From an uncultured Rubripirellula sp. (GTDB lineage: Bacteria; Planctomycetota; Planctomycetia; Pirellulales; Pirellulaceae), in assembly GCA_938085445.1 (NCBI GenBank), contig CALKGR010000003.1, positions 78,676-142,675 of the forward strand: DNA of 64,000 nucleotides, written 5' to 3'. Made by a program: the position numbers and the translations under genes. Below the pieces are notes generated by a model. That model was not told the origin of the DNA. It was given only the letters and a program-made list of their open reading frames with translations, and searched no databases. Numbering within the stretch: position 1 is the stretch's first letter; each line of letters opens with the position of its first letter. This document shows positions 29,068 through 40,304 of the stretch, piece by piece.

Positions 29068-29535
29068 CACTGCGTCCCCCCTCGAGACGTACGAATTCGC
29101 CACACTGGGGCGAATATCGCGGGAATATTTTGGCTAATTCCGGGCAATTGGCTGCTACAAAGAGTTATCAGCTGTCAGGTCCGGCTGTCTTGTCGTGATG
29201 ATCGAACGTTGCAATGGTGCTAATCTCAGCCTTGTTTTGGGCGTAAATCGCATGCAAACTCGGTAACACAACCCGACGTACCGTCAGTATCGGCACGTTG
29301 GGTAGCATCGGTTGAGTCGTTCAGGGGAGGATTATGCGGGGAAAACTCTGCGGAAGCGGTGCCCCCGTCCATAGAACGACTTCTCATGAACCATCTTCGC
29401 CACCTATGATTATGTGATAGCTCCCCTGCAATCTGCAGAGGTAGCGGAGTTGATCATTGATTCATAATCGAATGAGACTTGATGCTAAAAGGCAGCGAAA
29501 GCCTGCATCCATTCCCTTGCACCTTGGTAAATCGC

Positions 29536-30990
29536 ATGTTCGTATCGCAATTTTCGATCCGACCTCTCATTGTTGTCTTGTTGCTGGCTGTCGGCAGTTT
29601 TTCGGGTTCGATCGCGGAAGCATGTCCGTTCTGCAACGCTGTGTCACAGACACTGCGGCAGGAAATGGGTTCCATGGATGCCGTTGTCATCGCCACATCG
29701 CTTCAAGACGACACGACCCGAAATAAAGAAACGGGTGAGGTGTTGATGAAAGTTGAGGTTGTGTTGAAGGGGGCTGACCTGATTAAAGTTGGTCAGGAAG
29801 TCAAAGCCATTTATTACGGCGAAGTGAGCATCGGGCGTCGATTCATGCTCTCGGGTGTTGATCCCCCGGACCTGCAATGGTCCTGTTTGCCTGTCAGTAA
29901 AAGAGCAGAAAAGTACATCGGAAACATTACGAAATTGCCAGATGATTCGCTCGAGCGATTGCGCTTTTATCATAAGTTTCTGCAAGATGAAGAATCGATG
30001 TTGGCACGTGATGCCTACGATGAGTTTGCAGTTGCTCCTTACGACGCTGTTAAAAAACTTGGTCCCGAAATGGATCGCAAGCAGTTGCTTGAATGGATTG
30101 GCGATCCGGAAATGGCCACCGACCGTAAGCGGTTGTACTTGACCATGCTCGGTGTTTGTGGCGACGAGACAAATTTACCGTTCCTTGAGAAAATGCTCCG
30201 GAGCACTCAGAAGAGTACTCGTGGCGGACTCGATGCTTTGATTGCCTGTTATCTCACGTTGGCTGGCGAAAAGGGTTTGCCTTTGGTCGATGAATTGTTT
30301 CTGGCTAACAAGAAGGCACCCTATGCAGATACCTATGCAGCAATCATGGCGGTACGGTTCCATGGAACCGAGGGCGATGTGCTTCCGCGCAGTGCTTTAG
30401 TGGAATCGTTGCATCACGTGCTAGATCGCAAAGATCTGGCTGACTTGGTGATCCCCGATCTAGCGCGATGGAGTGATTGGAGCCAGATCGATCGATTGGT
30501 GGATTTGTTCGTCAAAGCAGACCCCGACAATAATTGGGTGCGTGTACCGGTGGTGAACTATCTTCGCGCTTGCCCACTGCCTGCAGCCAAGGAGGCATTG
30601 AAGAAGCTGGAAGCCATTGACCCGGAGAGTGTCCGCCGTGCCAATACGTTCTTCTCAATTCCGGTCCCCAGCCGCGAAGCTGGTAAATCAGATTCCAGTT
30701 CATCGGTGGATCAAGGTCCTGCGGGCAAGTTTTCTGGACGTGACGCGCATTCTGATCGTGAAGAGACTGAACTCGGATTGGATAAAAGGTCCGTTTTTGC
30801 AAAACCAGGGCAGGCCACTGCAGCACTGTCAACAGCAGCACTGGGCTCTACTGCACTCACTCCGAACCCTGTTTTGAAAAACGGAATGAACTCTTGGCGG
30901 TTGGGATACGTACTGAGTCTCGCCGTGGCGACCATCATGATCGTGCAGTTCTTACTGCTTTCCGGGGGGGCACAGCCCGCCAAAGGATAG
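29536..30990 (+). CDS. Secreted/membrane-anchored protein with N-terminal CPFC motif
   Basis: Signal peptide ..AEA|CPFC, helical-repeat core, C-terminal TM helix. Confidence 0.75.
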   Translation: MFVSQFSIRPLIVVLLLAVGSFSGSIAEACPFCNAVSQTLRQEMGSMDAVVIATSLQDDTTRNKETGEVLMKVEVVLKGADLIKVGQEVKAIYYGEVSIGRRFMLSGVDPPDLQWSCLPVSKRAEKYIGNITKLPDDSLERLRFYHKFLQDEESMLARDAYDEFAVAPYDAVKKLGPEMDRKQLLEWIGDPEMATDRKRLYLTMLGVCGDETNLPFLEKMLRSTQKSTRGGLDALIACYLTLAGEKGLPLVDELFLANKKAPYADTYAAIMAVRFHGTEGDVLPRSALVESLHHVLDRKDLADLVIPDLARWSDWSQIDRLVDLFVKADPDNNWVRVPVVNYLRACPLPAAKEALKKLEAIDPESVRRANTFFSIPVPSREAGKSDSSSSVDQGPAGKFSGRDAHSDREETELGLDKRSVFAKPGQATAALSTAALGSTALTPNPVLKNGMNSWRLGYVLSLAVATIMIVQFLLLSGGAQPAKG

Positions 30991-31048
30991 ACCAGGGGTC
31001 CTGAAGGAGTCGCCAACATGTCGAAGATCATCTTGGTGAAATGGAAAA

Positions 31049-31723
31049 ATGTCAGCTGAAATCGAGATAAGCTCCACTTCTAACGAGCAGGAATTTCCTT
31101 ACCGTGCTTTAAGCACGACAGCGATAGCATCGGTCATCTTTGCCGTCGTTTCTTTGTTGGGATTCTTTGTTTGGGCTTTTTTGGGCTTGGCGTTTGTGGG
31201 CATGTTCTTGGGTTTCGCGGGATACTCGAAGATTAAACGGTTCCCTCAGGAATTTGCGGGTCACTCTCTTGCGTTCACGGGGATCGTCTTGAATCTGCTT
31301 GTCATCCTAGGTGGCATCAGTCTGCACAGCTACGTTTACTTGACCGAGGTACCAGAGGGCTACACACGCGTTCATTTCTGGGAATTGCAGCAGGCTTCCA
31401 ACTCACCCGTCGACCAACCGAGCTCAAAAGCAATTGAGATCAACGGTAATGACATTTTTTTGAAGGGCTACATTCATCCTTCCTCAGGCAGCGGATTGCT
31501 GAAACGATTTATCCTTGTTCCTGATTTGGGGACTTGTTGCTTCGGAGGACAGCCGAAGAGTAGCGATATGATCGAAGTCAGGTTGTTGAATGGTCAAACG
31601 ACGAAAGCCGGTTTGACGAAGAAGAAACTGGCCGGCACCTTCACGCTTAACCGTGGCCCGCAGAAAGTGACTGATTTTGACAACACCGTGTTCTATCAGA
31701 TGAAAGTCGATCAAATCCGCTGA
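31049..31723 (+). CDS. DUF4190-like membrane domain fused to a DUF3299-like domain
   Basis: TM hairpin; LKGYIHP...FILVPDLGTCCFGGQP. Confidence 0.7.
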   Translation: MSAEIEISSTSNEQEFPYRALSTTAIASVIFAVVSLLGFFVWAFLGLAFVGMFLGFAGYSKIKRFPQEFAGHSLAFTGIVLNLLVILGGISLHSYVYLTEVPEGYTRVHFWELQQASNSPVDQPSSKAIEINGNDIFLKGYIHPSSGSGLLKRFILVPDLGTCCFGGQPKSSDMIEVRLLNGQTTKAGLTKKKLAGTFTLNRGPQKVTDFDNTVFYQMKVDQIR

Positions 31724-31836
31724 GTCGGACGGCGTTCATTTTGATGTGTGCGCTGTCTCCTGCCTGTGCGTATACTGGGGGAGTAAAGCGAGGGCGTGGC
31801 TTTCGTTGCAGCAACAGGTCCCTTTCGAGCCAGCAC

Positions 31837-32475
31837 ATGAGACTTTTGCGTTTCGCCTTGATCGTGTACTCCGTTCTTCTGGTTGTGGTTTCACAAGCGG
31901 CAAGTCTGCCATTGACAGATCCCCAGCAAGATCCAAAGACGACCAGTCCGAAAACCAGTGATGCAGGCGAGGTTGCTGCCAAGCCGCAGACTGATGGTGT
32001 TGCCCAAGCTACCAGCGAAAACCCTGTCTCGAAAACCAAGGTTGAAGTGCGCAAGAGTAGTGACTCAGCGCGAGCCAAAGGTGATATCAATTTTGATGAT
32101 TTGAGCTTCAAGATTGAAAAAGACGCCAAGTTCAAACCAGCGTTGTTGACGGACGACATCAAGAAGCTCGATGGCGTGAAGGTCAAATTGCGGGGTTACA
32201 TCCTGCCCAGTACCTTGTTCAAGGAAACCAACATCGACCAGTTCGTGCTGGTAAGGGATAATCAGGAATGCTGTTTTGGCCCCGGTGCAGCTCTCTTCGA
32301 TTGTGTGATCGTTGAAATGGTACCGGGTAACACAACGGACTTTGTGACACGACCAGTCACCGTCGAAGGCAAATTCAAGATCGATACTGAAAAGTACAAG
32401 TATCCCAATGGAGTTGGTCCACGCGGCGCAAGCCACTTCGCAATCTTCAAGATTGATGGTGTGAAGGTGAAGTAG
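31837..32475 (+). CDS. DUF3299 family secreted protein
   Basis: LDGVKVKLRGYILP...FVLVRDNQECCFGP...VTVEGKF. Confidence 0.78.
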   Translation: MRLLRFALIVYSVLLVVVSQAASLPLTDPQQDPKTTSPKTSDAGEVAAKPQTDGVAQATSENPVSKTKVEVRKSSDSARAKGDINFDDLSFKIEKDAKFKPALLTDDIKKLDGVKVKLRGYILPSTLFKETNIDQFVLVRDNQECCFGPGAALFDCVIVEMVPGNTTDFVTRPVTVEGKFKIDTEKYKYPNGVGPRGASHFAIFKIDGVKVK

Positions 32476-32508
32476 ATCGCGGTTTCAAGTTTTTTCAATC
32501 GGGTGCCG

Positions 32509-33687
32509 TCATGCACCCGGTGACCAACCGGGTCTCGGCTGAAGATGAATTTCCGGATCTTCATCACCCTGTAGAGTCTGGATCTGACGTGACACGTCAT
32601 CGACTTGTTCTGCCGTGGTCAAAGGCATCAACTTGACTCGAAATGATGCCGTCGCTCCACCATCAAGTTCAACGGTACGACCCTGTTTCTCTTCGAATGA
32701 ACGAATATTGGGGTAGTTGGTGGCCGGTTCCAACCCGGTGACATAACCATCGCTTTCAGCGGCTGTATTTTTCCACACAATGAATCTTGGCAAGCCATTT
32801 ACATTGAAGGTAACCCCTAGGCCTTTTTCGCCGTCCGCGGATTTGAGCATTGCTGTAGTCGCACTCGATTCATCTGCCCGAAGCCGTGCAAAGTAGACCC
32901 GCTCTGCGTAACCTTCTTCAGGCGCACCAAATTCGTTCCATGTTTCCATTTCACTGGCTGCGAGCGAGTCTTTGGGTGCAAGCGATTCAATCGGTGCTTC
33001 GATCTTTGCACCCTCGCCAAGAATGGGTGCTCCAACATTGATGTGATATAGCAATTGAATGGACGTTGGTTTTGAGAGTTCATTGGTGACATCGTCCAGA
33101 ATTGCAACTTCGGCGTTGCCTGCCTCAAAACGAATTCGGCTGCGTAGTCGGAGTCGTTTGAAGAATAGACGTGATTCCAGAACTTCGCCGATCACTTCGA
33201 GTCTTCCCGACGCCTCGTCGTACTCGATTGCCAGGGAATCTGCGGGCAGATTGCCGATTCGCCCATGGAGCGGGTGAATCAGGTTTCCTTCAGCATCATG
33301 TTCAGGGGCACCGTTACTTTCCAGCCCACATCGGACGAGCAGCTCGTCAAAACCTTCCAGCCAGCCAATTCCACTGGAATCGAATACGGGAACCTGAGAG
33401 GGGTGCACAGGGCCAAAAATCGGAGATTGCCAACCAAAACGTACTCCGCTGGCCTCCATTCTCCAGATTGACATGCCTCGGGTTGGTAGAATCATGACGC
33501 GAATCGCGCCGGTATCGACCTCAATCACCTCCACTTGATCAGCTGCTCCCCCGGAAAATCGTCCATGACGCGTGCTGATTTCCCCTTTGCGGGTGTCAAT
33601 TTGCATTGAAAGCGGAGAATTTTGATCCCAGACAATGCTGGGAACTCGGGATCCGAGTGAACGGTGAGTCGCGGATTTGGTCGCCAT
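32509..33687 (-). CDS. Aldose 1-epimerase-like protein (DUF4432)
   Basis: LPTRGMSI, LHGRIGNLPA, LLYHINVG, YVTGLEPATNYP. Confidence 0.85.
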   Translation of the reverse strand: MATKSATHRSLGSRVPSIVWDQNSPLSMQIDTRKGEISTRHGRFSGGAADQVEVIEVDTGAIRVMILPTRGMSIWRMEASGVRFGWQSPIFGPVHPSQVPVFDSSGIGWLEGFDELLVRCGLESNGAPEHDAEGNLIHPLHGRIGNLPADSLAIEYDEASGRLEVIGEVLESRLFFKRLRLRSRIRFEAGNAEVAILDDVTNELSKPTSIQLLYHINVGAPILGEGAKIEAPIESLAPKDSLAASEMETWNEFGAPEEGYAERVYFARLRADESSATTAMLKSADGEKGLGVTFNVNGLPRFIVWKNTAAESDGYVTGLEPATNYPNIRSFEEKQGRTVELDGGATASFRVKLMPLTTAEQVDDVSRQIQTLQGDEDPEIHLQPRPGWSPGA

Positions 33688-33900
33688 AAGGTGATTGTGG
33701 GACTGGTGGTAACGCTCAATTCGGTCTTCGGGATAATCCCGAAGGTTATTTTTGCGGAATAGAAAGACACTTTCCTCGCGTTCTTGTACCCGAGGCTGTC
33801 AGTCAATAAAACATCTAAGTCGCAAGCTGGCTACCGAGTAGCCTTGCCGATTGCCGGCTTTTCGAAAAACATCCCCAAATTACTGAGTGAAGTGACCTGC

Positions 33901-33933
33901 CAAATGAGGAACGGCAAATGAGGAACGGCAAAT
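33901..33933. repeat. 14-bp tandem repeat (~2.4 copies)
   Basis: CAAATGAGGAACGG CAAATGAGGAACGG CAAAT. Confidence 0.9.
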
Positions 33934-34303
33934 TAGACGATGTGTACGTTTCAGAACGCCGGCGTAGCCATTTCGATCACTGTTCCACAGCATGGTCTCA
34001 TGGGTTTACTAGCTCGACAGAGTCTGGCGATGATTCGGTTTAGTGAAAATACCACCGGCGAACTTTATAACTCTTCTCTTGCTGTGACCCGAGGCTCCAG
34101 GTTTGAGAAGCCAGAGGCATCACCTCTGGTGAGTTCAAGAGACTTTGACCTCGAAACCGCAAGTGATTTTCCATCAGCCGGATGCTAGCCACGTCGCGGA
34201 TAGTGTGTGACAGGCGACCATCGCTGTTCTGGAACACGTTAAACTACACGCCTCGGCTCAGATTTTATATTTCCGTTTTCCTTTGAACTATTTGCAGAGC
34301 AAC

Positions 34304-35347
34304 ATGTCTGACCAGCACAAAAATTATCCAAAGCTTCATAATGCAATGTGGCCAGGCCTCGTTGGAAAGGGAGATGATGAGGGTCAGGAACCGCCCATCA
34401 GTCTGGAACGAATGCTTGAGTTGACTGCCAATGCAGAAGTTGATGGTCAAAAGTTTGAAGGTGTTGACTACTTTCTGTTTCACCCACATACCGATCCAGA
34501 TGCCGGTGATGATGAGCTGAAAAGAATTGCTGACTTGATCGGGAGCCATGGGCTCAAGGTTGGGTCGTTGGTGGCTCCTGTCTGGCCCGGAACAGTGGGT
34601 GATTCAGCAATGGGTGATGATGAGCAACAGGGAAAGTTTCTCGAAGCCATAGAGAAAGCTTGTCGAATTGCAAAGGTCTTCAATGAGCATGGCATCCGTG
34701 ATTATGGTGTGATCCGAATCGACTCGGCAGAATTCGGGGTCGAGAAATGGAAAGAGGATCCTGCTGCCGGTACAGCCAGGATTGTAGACACGTTCACAAA
34801 GGCGGCTGACATTGCTGCCGAACATGGCGAACGTCTCGCGTGTGAGGGTGAGATCTGTTGGGCCGGCATGCACAGCTGGAAAGACATGCTGGACCTGTTG
34901 GAAGCTGTCGGTAAGCCTGAAACTCTCGGTTTCCAAGCAGATCAGGCACATACCTATCTGTACTTGATGGGATACAACGCGCCGGAGCACGCGCTGTTGC
35001 AGGATGGCTATAGCGAAGAAGAATTTTATGCTGCATATGAGCAGATGACAGACAAGTTGCGACCTTGGACGATCGATTTTCACGTTGCTCAAAATGATGG
35101 AACCGTGCACGGTGCAGGTTCGCACGACAAGACTGGCAAGCATTGCCAAGCCGACGATCCCAATGGCAAGCTTGATATCACTCGTACCGCTGGCTACTGG
35201 CTGAAAGATGCCTCCTCTCGCGGTATTCAACACATTTGCTGGGACGGATGCATGTTCCCAAATGAGGTGCTTGAGAATCCAGAGACATGGAACCAGATCC
35301 TCAAAGCTATGGTCGATGTCCGTGATGCTCATGGCAGCATTGTCTGA
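34304..35347 (+). CDS. Sugar phosphate isomerase/epimerase (xylose-isomerase-like TIM barrel)
   Basis: [46 protein letters not shown]. Confidence 0.85.
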   Translation: MSDQHKNYPKLHNAMWPGLVGKGDDEGQEPPISLERMLELTANAEVDGQKFEGVDYFLFHPHTDPDAGDDELKRIADLIGSHGLKVGSLVAPVWPGTVGDSAMGDDEQQGKFLEAIEKACRIAKVFNEHGIRDYGVIRIDSAEFGVEKWKEDPAAGTARIVDTFTKAADIAAEHGERLACEGEICWAGMHSWKDMLDLLEAVGKPETLGFQADQAHTYLYLMGYNAPEHALLQDGYSEEEFYAAYEQMTDKLRPWTIDFHVAQNDGTVHGAGSHDKTGKHCQADDPNGKLDITRTAGYWLKDASSRGIQHICWDGCMFPNEVLENPETWNQILKAMVDVRDAHGSIV

Positions 35348-35466
35348 TCTCGCTTGGAAACCACTTTCATCTCGCATCAGTCACCGTGTGATGCGATTTC
35401 ACAACGGATTTGAAGCGCCCATGGGGCTTCAAGTTTTTTCGCTTTACTCGCTATCTAACAATAAGA

Positions 35467-36606
35467 ATGAAACCACTTAATATTGGACTAATCGGCTATG
35501 GTTTTATGGGCCGGACACACAGTAATGGCTACAAACGAGTCAATGATTTTTTTCCAGAACTGGGGTATCGTCCAGTTTTGAAAGCCGTGTGCGGACGTAG
35601 TGCAGAAAAGGTCCAAGACTTTGCGAATCAATGGCAGTACGAATCCATTGAAACAGATTGGCGAGCCTTGATCGCCCGTGATGACATTGATGCAGTGGAT
35701 ATTTGTACGCCCAATAACTCACACGCAGAAATTGCAATTGCCGCTGCCGAAGCGGGTAAGATGATCCTGTGTGAAAAGCCGCTCGCTTTAAATCCTGAAG
35801 AAGGAGAAAAGATGATTGCGGCTGTAGAGAAAGCAGGGGTCAAAAATACGGTTTGGTACAACTATCGACGAGCACCAGCTGTCACCATGGCAAAGCAACT
35901 GATCGACGAGGGAAGACTTGGCCGTATCTTCCATTATCGTGCCAATTTTCTGCAGGACTGGACCATCTCGGATGACGTGCCACAGGGTGGCGCTGCACTT
36001 TGGCGTCTCGATGTCGCTGCAGCTGGCTCCGGCGTGACAGGCGACTTGCTGGCGCATTGCATCGATACAGCCATCTGGCTCAATGGTTCGATCAAAGATG
36101 TCTCGGCCATGACCGAGACCTTTGTGAAGGAACGCATGCACACTGAAACGGGCAAAATGGAGCCGGTGGGAATTGATGATGCATGTGCGTTCCTGTGCCA
36201 TTTTGAAAATGGGTCTTTAGGACTCTTTGAGTCAACTCGCTATGCAAGAGGACACAAAGCGCTCTATACATTTGAAATCAATGGTGAGAATGCTTCGATC
36301 CGCTGGGATTTGCACGACCTTCATCGTCTCGAGTATTTCGATCACAGCGATGAAGGAAAACTCAGAGGTTGGCGATCCATTCATGTGACCGATCATGGTG
36401 GAGAGCACCCTTACATGGACAAGTGGTGGGTGCCTGGACTCCAAATCGGTTATGAACACACCTTCGTGCATCATGTCGCCGACTTTTTGAAAGCTCTCGA
36501 AGCGGGAGAAGAAGCGCATCCGAACTTCCGTGATGCACAAGAAACGCAGCGGGTTTGCGATGCCGTTCTTAGTAGTGCTGCGGAGCGAAATTGGAAACAG
36601 GTTTGA
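35467..36606 (+). CDS. Gfo/Idh/MocA family oxidoreductase
   Basis: [27 protein letters not shown]. Confidence 0.93.
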   Translation: MKPLNIGLIGYGFMGRTHSNGYKRVNDFFPELGYRPVLKAVCGRSAEKVQDFANQWQYESIETDWRALIARDDIDAVDICTPNNSHAEIAIAAAEAGKMILCEKPLALNPEEGEKMIAAVEKAGVKNTVWYNYRRAPAVTMAKQLIDEGRLGRIFHYRANFLQDWTISDDVPQGGAALWRLDVAAAGSGVTGDLLAHCIDTAIWLNGSIKDVSAMTETFVKERMHTETGKMEPVGIDDACAFLCHFENGSLGLFESTRYARGHKALYTFEINGENASIRWDLHDLHRLEYFDHSDEGKLRGWRSIHVTDHGGEHPYMDKWWVPGLQIGYEHTFVHHVADFLKALEAGEEAHPNFRDAQETQRVCDAVLSSAAERNWKQV

Positions 36607-36637
36607 CCTGGTTTTTCAGAGCTATCGAATGAGAGAC

Positions 36638-36667
36638 ACCCCCGTTCTTCGAATGGGGGTTTTTTTA
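36638..36667 (+). terminator. Rho-independent terminator
   Basis: ACCCCCGTTC-ttc-GAATGGGGGT followed by T7. Confidence 0.85.
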
Positions 36668-36688
36668 TGGCGATTGATCCACGGTGTT

Positions 36689-36976
36689 TCATGGATCTTC
36701 GGACCTATTCTTGGAACTTCGATTCAGCAGGTACCGAGTAAAGTCAAACAAACCACTGAAATGATAGCCAGGATCAACATAATGCTGGATCACATAAAAC
36801 GCGAAGTAATACGACCGGCAACTTGCCCAAAGACAGATCAGCAATAGGGCGAGAATATCCCATCTCGGTACCTGAATGAGAATCAGTGCCGCCGAAATCA
36901 AAGAGATCAACATTAGCAAAAAGCCTTTGGTATAAATCCACTTTGATGAAGTAAGGTCTTGGGTGAGTCGCACCAT
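36689..36976 (-). CDS. Small membrane protein
   Basis: Two TM helices; RSYYFAFYVIQHYVDP..FSGL. Confidence 0.7.
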   Translation of the reverse strand: MVRLTQDLTSSKWIYTKGFLLMLISLISAALILIQVPRWDILALLLICLWASCRSYYFAFYVIQHYVDPGYHFSGLFDFTRYLLNRSSKNRSEDP

Positions 36977-37024
36977 AGGAGACCGCCTTTGTATTAGATG
37001 AAAATCGCAGGAACAAATTCAGTC

Positions 37025-37281
37025 ATGAGTCAAAACCAATTACCGATGCCTAAGTAGTAGTATCGCAATAATTGGCGGCAGCGGATCAGCTGCAAGCTGA
37101 GGAAGTCGAGAAATAGCGAACAGTGATGCGAGAGATCGAAGCCCAGTTTGATAAGGGTAGTGAACAGAAAGACTCGCTCATTCAACACGTCAGCCATTCT
37201 GCGAGGCGATTCGAGGAGTCTCATCCAGTGCTTACCGAAACATCGGGCAGGCTCGCTGATCTTGTGCAACAGATGGGTTGA
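37025..37281 (+). pseudogene. DUF4404 family pseudogene
   Basis: Hand translation EEVEK*RTVMREIEAQ...SARRFEESHPVLTETSGRLADLVQQMG* with internal stops. Confidence 0.7.
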
Positions 37282-37283
37282 GA

Positions 37284-38480
37284 TCAGTTAGTGGTGACTC
37301 CCGTGTTCAGCCAGAAGTCCTTGCAGGCATCTTGAATCTGTTGTTCCCCAATCAAACGCCTTTCGCTGCGTTTTCCGGTCCAGCGGTCGGCGACTCCTTT
37401 GAGCTTCACACGAATTTCGCTGTCCAATCCATTCGCTGAACAGATCTGATTGGCGATCGCCAGTTGATAGCGAGCTTGTGGATAGATGGGGACAAAGCGG
37501 CTGCTCAGGGACAAGGACTCCAGTGATAGTCGTTGCCAGCCGTCACGGTCTTCATCGTCTTCCAAAAATGCGGTTAATTCTGAGTCCAGCTTACCACTGA
37601 CAGATCGGTGCAGCTCTATTTCTGCACGACTCGTGTGAGGTGAGTAAAGCGACCATGATGTCCAATGATCCCAGTAGCCAGAACGCTCTAGAAATGGACA
37701 GAAGATCGCCAGCAGGATCAAGAGCTTGACGAACAAAGCTGCCCTTGAAAGTATCGGACCCGGACCGTTCGGAAGTGTGGCGTGGTCGGCATCTTCTGAT
37801 TCTGTTGCTTTTGACTGAATGGCGGGCCGTACCCAGAACAACAAATATGCCTGTGCAATCAACATCAAATTCCAAAGCAAGACACCGCGGCTATGGTTGA
37901 GGCCCCAAGGACCGAGCAGTATCAATAGCGAGACGTGCATCAAAATCAGAACGATGACCGACAATCGGCGAGTTCTTGGCAGGTACAGCCCGAGCCCAGC
38001 CAGAAGCTCGACCGTTGGAAATAAAAGCGTCATGCGGGTGGCTGTGTCAGCATCAAGATCGAAAGGTAGTCCCCCCAGCAATTCAGTCAATACACCTAGC
38101 AGGTCCTGACCTACCGTATGTTGAAACTGAAAATCAAATTTCCCAGCCGCACTGTAGACATAGACACTCGCAGCGAGCAGCATGATCCACTTGCGTGTAG
38201 AACTTGAATTCATGGTGCAGAATATCAATGCGTAGAAAAATGATTGATATGCCCATGGTTGAAGCCGGTGTTGATCGACCAGAAAAGAGGTTAGCAATGA
38301 ACCAGCCACCATCATCCAACCAAGTCGAACTTGTTTTTCTTTGCTAGCTGCGATTGCAATGATCAAACCAACCAAAAGAGTGACCGATGGCAGAAGCAGT
38401 ACATCATTCGCCATCGGAATGATGGGAGGAAAAAGAGAGACAGCCAGGGATATTTGCGAGCTTGGTGATACAAACCACAA
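37284..38480 (-). CDS. Polytopic membrane protein (HTTM/DoxX-like)
   Basis: DQHRLQPWAYQ, YVYSAAGKFD, WDHWTSWSLYS; frame stays open upstream without a canonical start. Confidence 0.7.
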   Translation of the reverse strand: MWFVSPSSQISLAVSLFPPIIPMANDVLLLPSVTLLVGLIIAIAASKEKQVRLGWMMVAGSLLTSFLVDQHRLQPWAYQSFFYALIFCTMNSSSTRKWIMLLAASVYVYSAAGKFDFQFQHTVGQDLLGVLTELLGGLPFDLDADTATRMTLLFPTVELLAGLGLYLPRTRRLSVIVLILMHVSLLILLGPWGLNHSRGVLLWNLMLIAQAYLLFWVRPAIQSKATESEDADHATLPNGPGPILSRAALFVKLLILLAIFCPFLERSGYWDHWTSWSLYSPHTSRAEIELHRSVSGKLDSELTAFLEDDEDRDGWQRLSLESLSLSSRFVPIYPQARYQLAIANQICSANGLDSEIRVKLKGVADRWTGKRSERRLIGEQQIQDACKDFWLNTGVTTN

Positions 38481-38699
38481 TGGATAAGTAGAAAGGATCA
38501 GAACCAGCAGAAAGACTCCCCAGACTTTTGCAAAGATTCGTAAATCCGATGTTCCAGCGTTGGCGGAGGTCTCACTTGTTTCTGGATTCGTCGTTGCGAT
38601 GGTAGCACCTGTCGGTTTTTTTGTCGTCTTGCTCCTGACAGTTTAGTCGACGAAGTCCCGAGTCCACGATGTAAGCTGTATAAAAGAGGTGCTGATTCC

Positions 38700-39121
38700 C
38701 GGTGCGAACTACGGTCAGAACAGATTTTGGCAAGCAGGGAAACCACCACTCAAATTAACGACGGCAAAACTGGTTTCGTTGCTGAACAGAAGCGATGGGT
38801 TGAACCGTTTTTCATAGCCAACGGTGGCAGATTGATATGTTGAAGATCGCTAACGTCGTATTTTCAGTCGGTTGGCCCAGCGTTTGAGATGTGCAGCATT
38901 GTTCCAACTTGATCTACAAGTTCACGAGATCCGGAGACAAAGTCAGCGTGGATATGTATTTCTGCTGCCGCCACAATTCGCAAACTCGCCGCTTGGGCAG
39001 TTTCCAGATAAGGTGTAAGGATGCGACTGGGATCAATGATCAATACCTCGCCACTTCGTTGACATCCCAGCAAGTAGGAAGCATGTGCCAAGGGTTGATC
39101 GTAGAAGTATTTTGATAACAT
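38700..39121 (-). pseudogene. MBL-fold/rhodanese (persulfide dioxygenase-like) pseudogene
   Basis: MLSKYFYDQPLAHASYLLGCQRSGE..HIHADFVSGSREL then stop; downstream fragments TVGYEKRFNP and VVNLSGGFPA imply internal deletions. Confidence 0.8.
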
Positions 39122-39179
39122 CAGTTGGCGGCCTTTGAGCGAACTTGACGTAATATTCGTTCTTTCGGCACACTCAATT

Positions 39180-39740
39180 TCAGGTGCTTTGGGAATGAGT
39201 ATCGAGATTTCGATACGAGCTTCGATTCCACGGCATCCTGCTAAGTAGTAACCCCATGCCACAGGTATCGCTGATCCCAGCAAACACCAATCCTGCCCCC
39301 ACAAAGATGACCACCAATAGGAAAAAGGGGTGGATGAGATAAGCAAGAAGAATTCCAAGCAGGGTTACTGTGCCAGCAGCGATACGGACTTGCCGCTCCA
39401 GCGAAATGACCTGCTGGTTTTGTTCAATGGGCAATCCTGCCGCTTGCCATTCTTGGGTCCCACCAAGCACGTTGATGATATTGTCGTAGCCCGCGGCCAG
39501 GAATTCCTCAGCGGCCCTCGATGAGCGTTTGCCACTTTGACAAATCAAATAAAGAGGCTGACCGTCAAACATCTCGGCATGCCTTGCCATGACTGCATCA
39601 GGATCAAGCTCGCTGAGTGGGACATTCTTAGCCGGAGAGGCATGTAGTATGGAGAATTCAACCTGTGTTCGTACATCAACCAGCTCAACGGGCTGGTCAG
39701 CGTGGTGTCTTGCCAACTCTTGGACGGTGATTGAATGCAT
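39180..39740 (-). CDS. Rhodanese + DUF2892 (YgaP-like) membrane sulfurtransferase
   Basis: VDVRT, ICQSGKRS, GGTQEWQAAGLP, LERQVRIAAG, DTCGMGLLLSRMPWN. Confidence 0.9.
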   Translation of the reverse strand: MHSITVQELARHHADQPVELVDVRTQVEFSILHASPAKNVPLSELDPDAVMARHAEMFDGQPLYLICQSGKRSSRAAEEFLAAGYDNIINVLGGTQEWQAAGLPIEQNQQVISLERQVRIAAGTVTLLGILLAYLIHPFFLLVVIFVGAGLVFAGISDTCGMGLLLSRMPWNRSSYRNLDTHSQST

Positions 39741-39833
39741 GATTCTTATGAAATATCGAGTAATCGTAAGGTCGCATGTTAGCGATATATTGAGGTCGAA
39801 AAAAGGAAGGGATTTACCCTTCCAGATCGTGAC

Positions 39834-40151
<318 letters not shown>

Positions 40152-40304
40152 GACTGTCTCCTTGGGGTACTTTTAACATATCGGGATGTCGCGACATGTC
40201 AATTGATTAAATGTTCCCCAAAAGCAGGCTTTTCGCCTAATTGCGTTCGGCAGGGATCTCGCCGGATCGTCAGGGTTCAGCTGAACCAGTGACTTATTTG
40301 TTTA

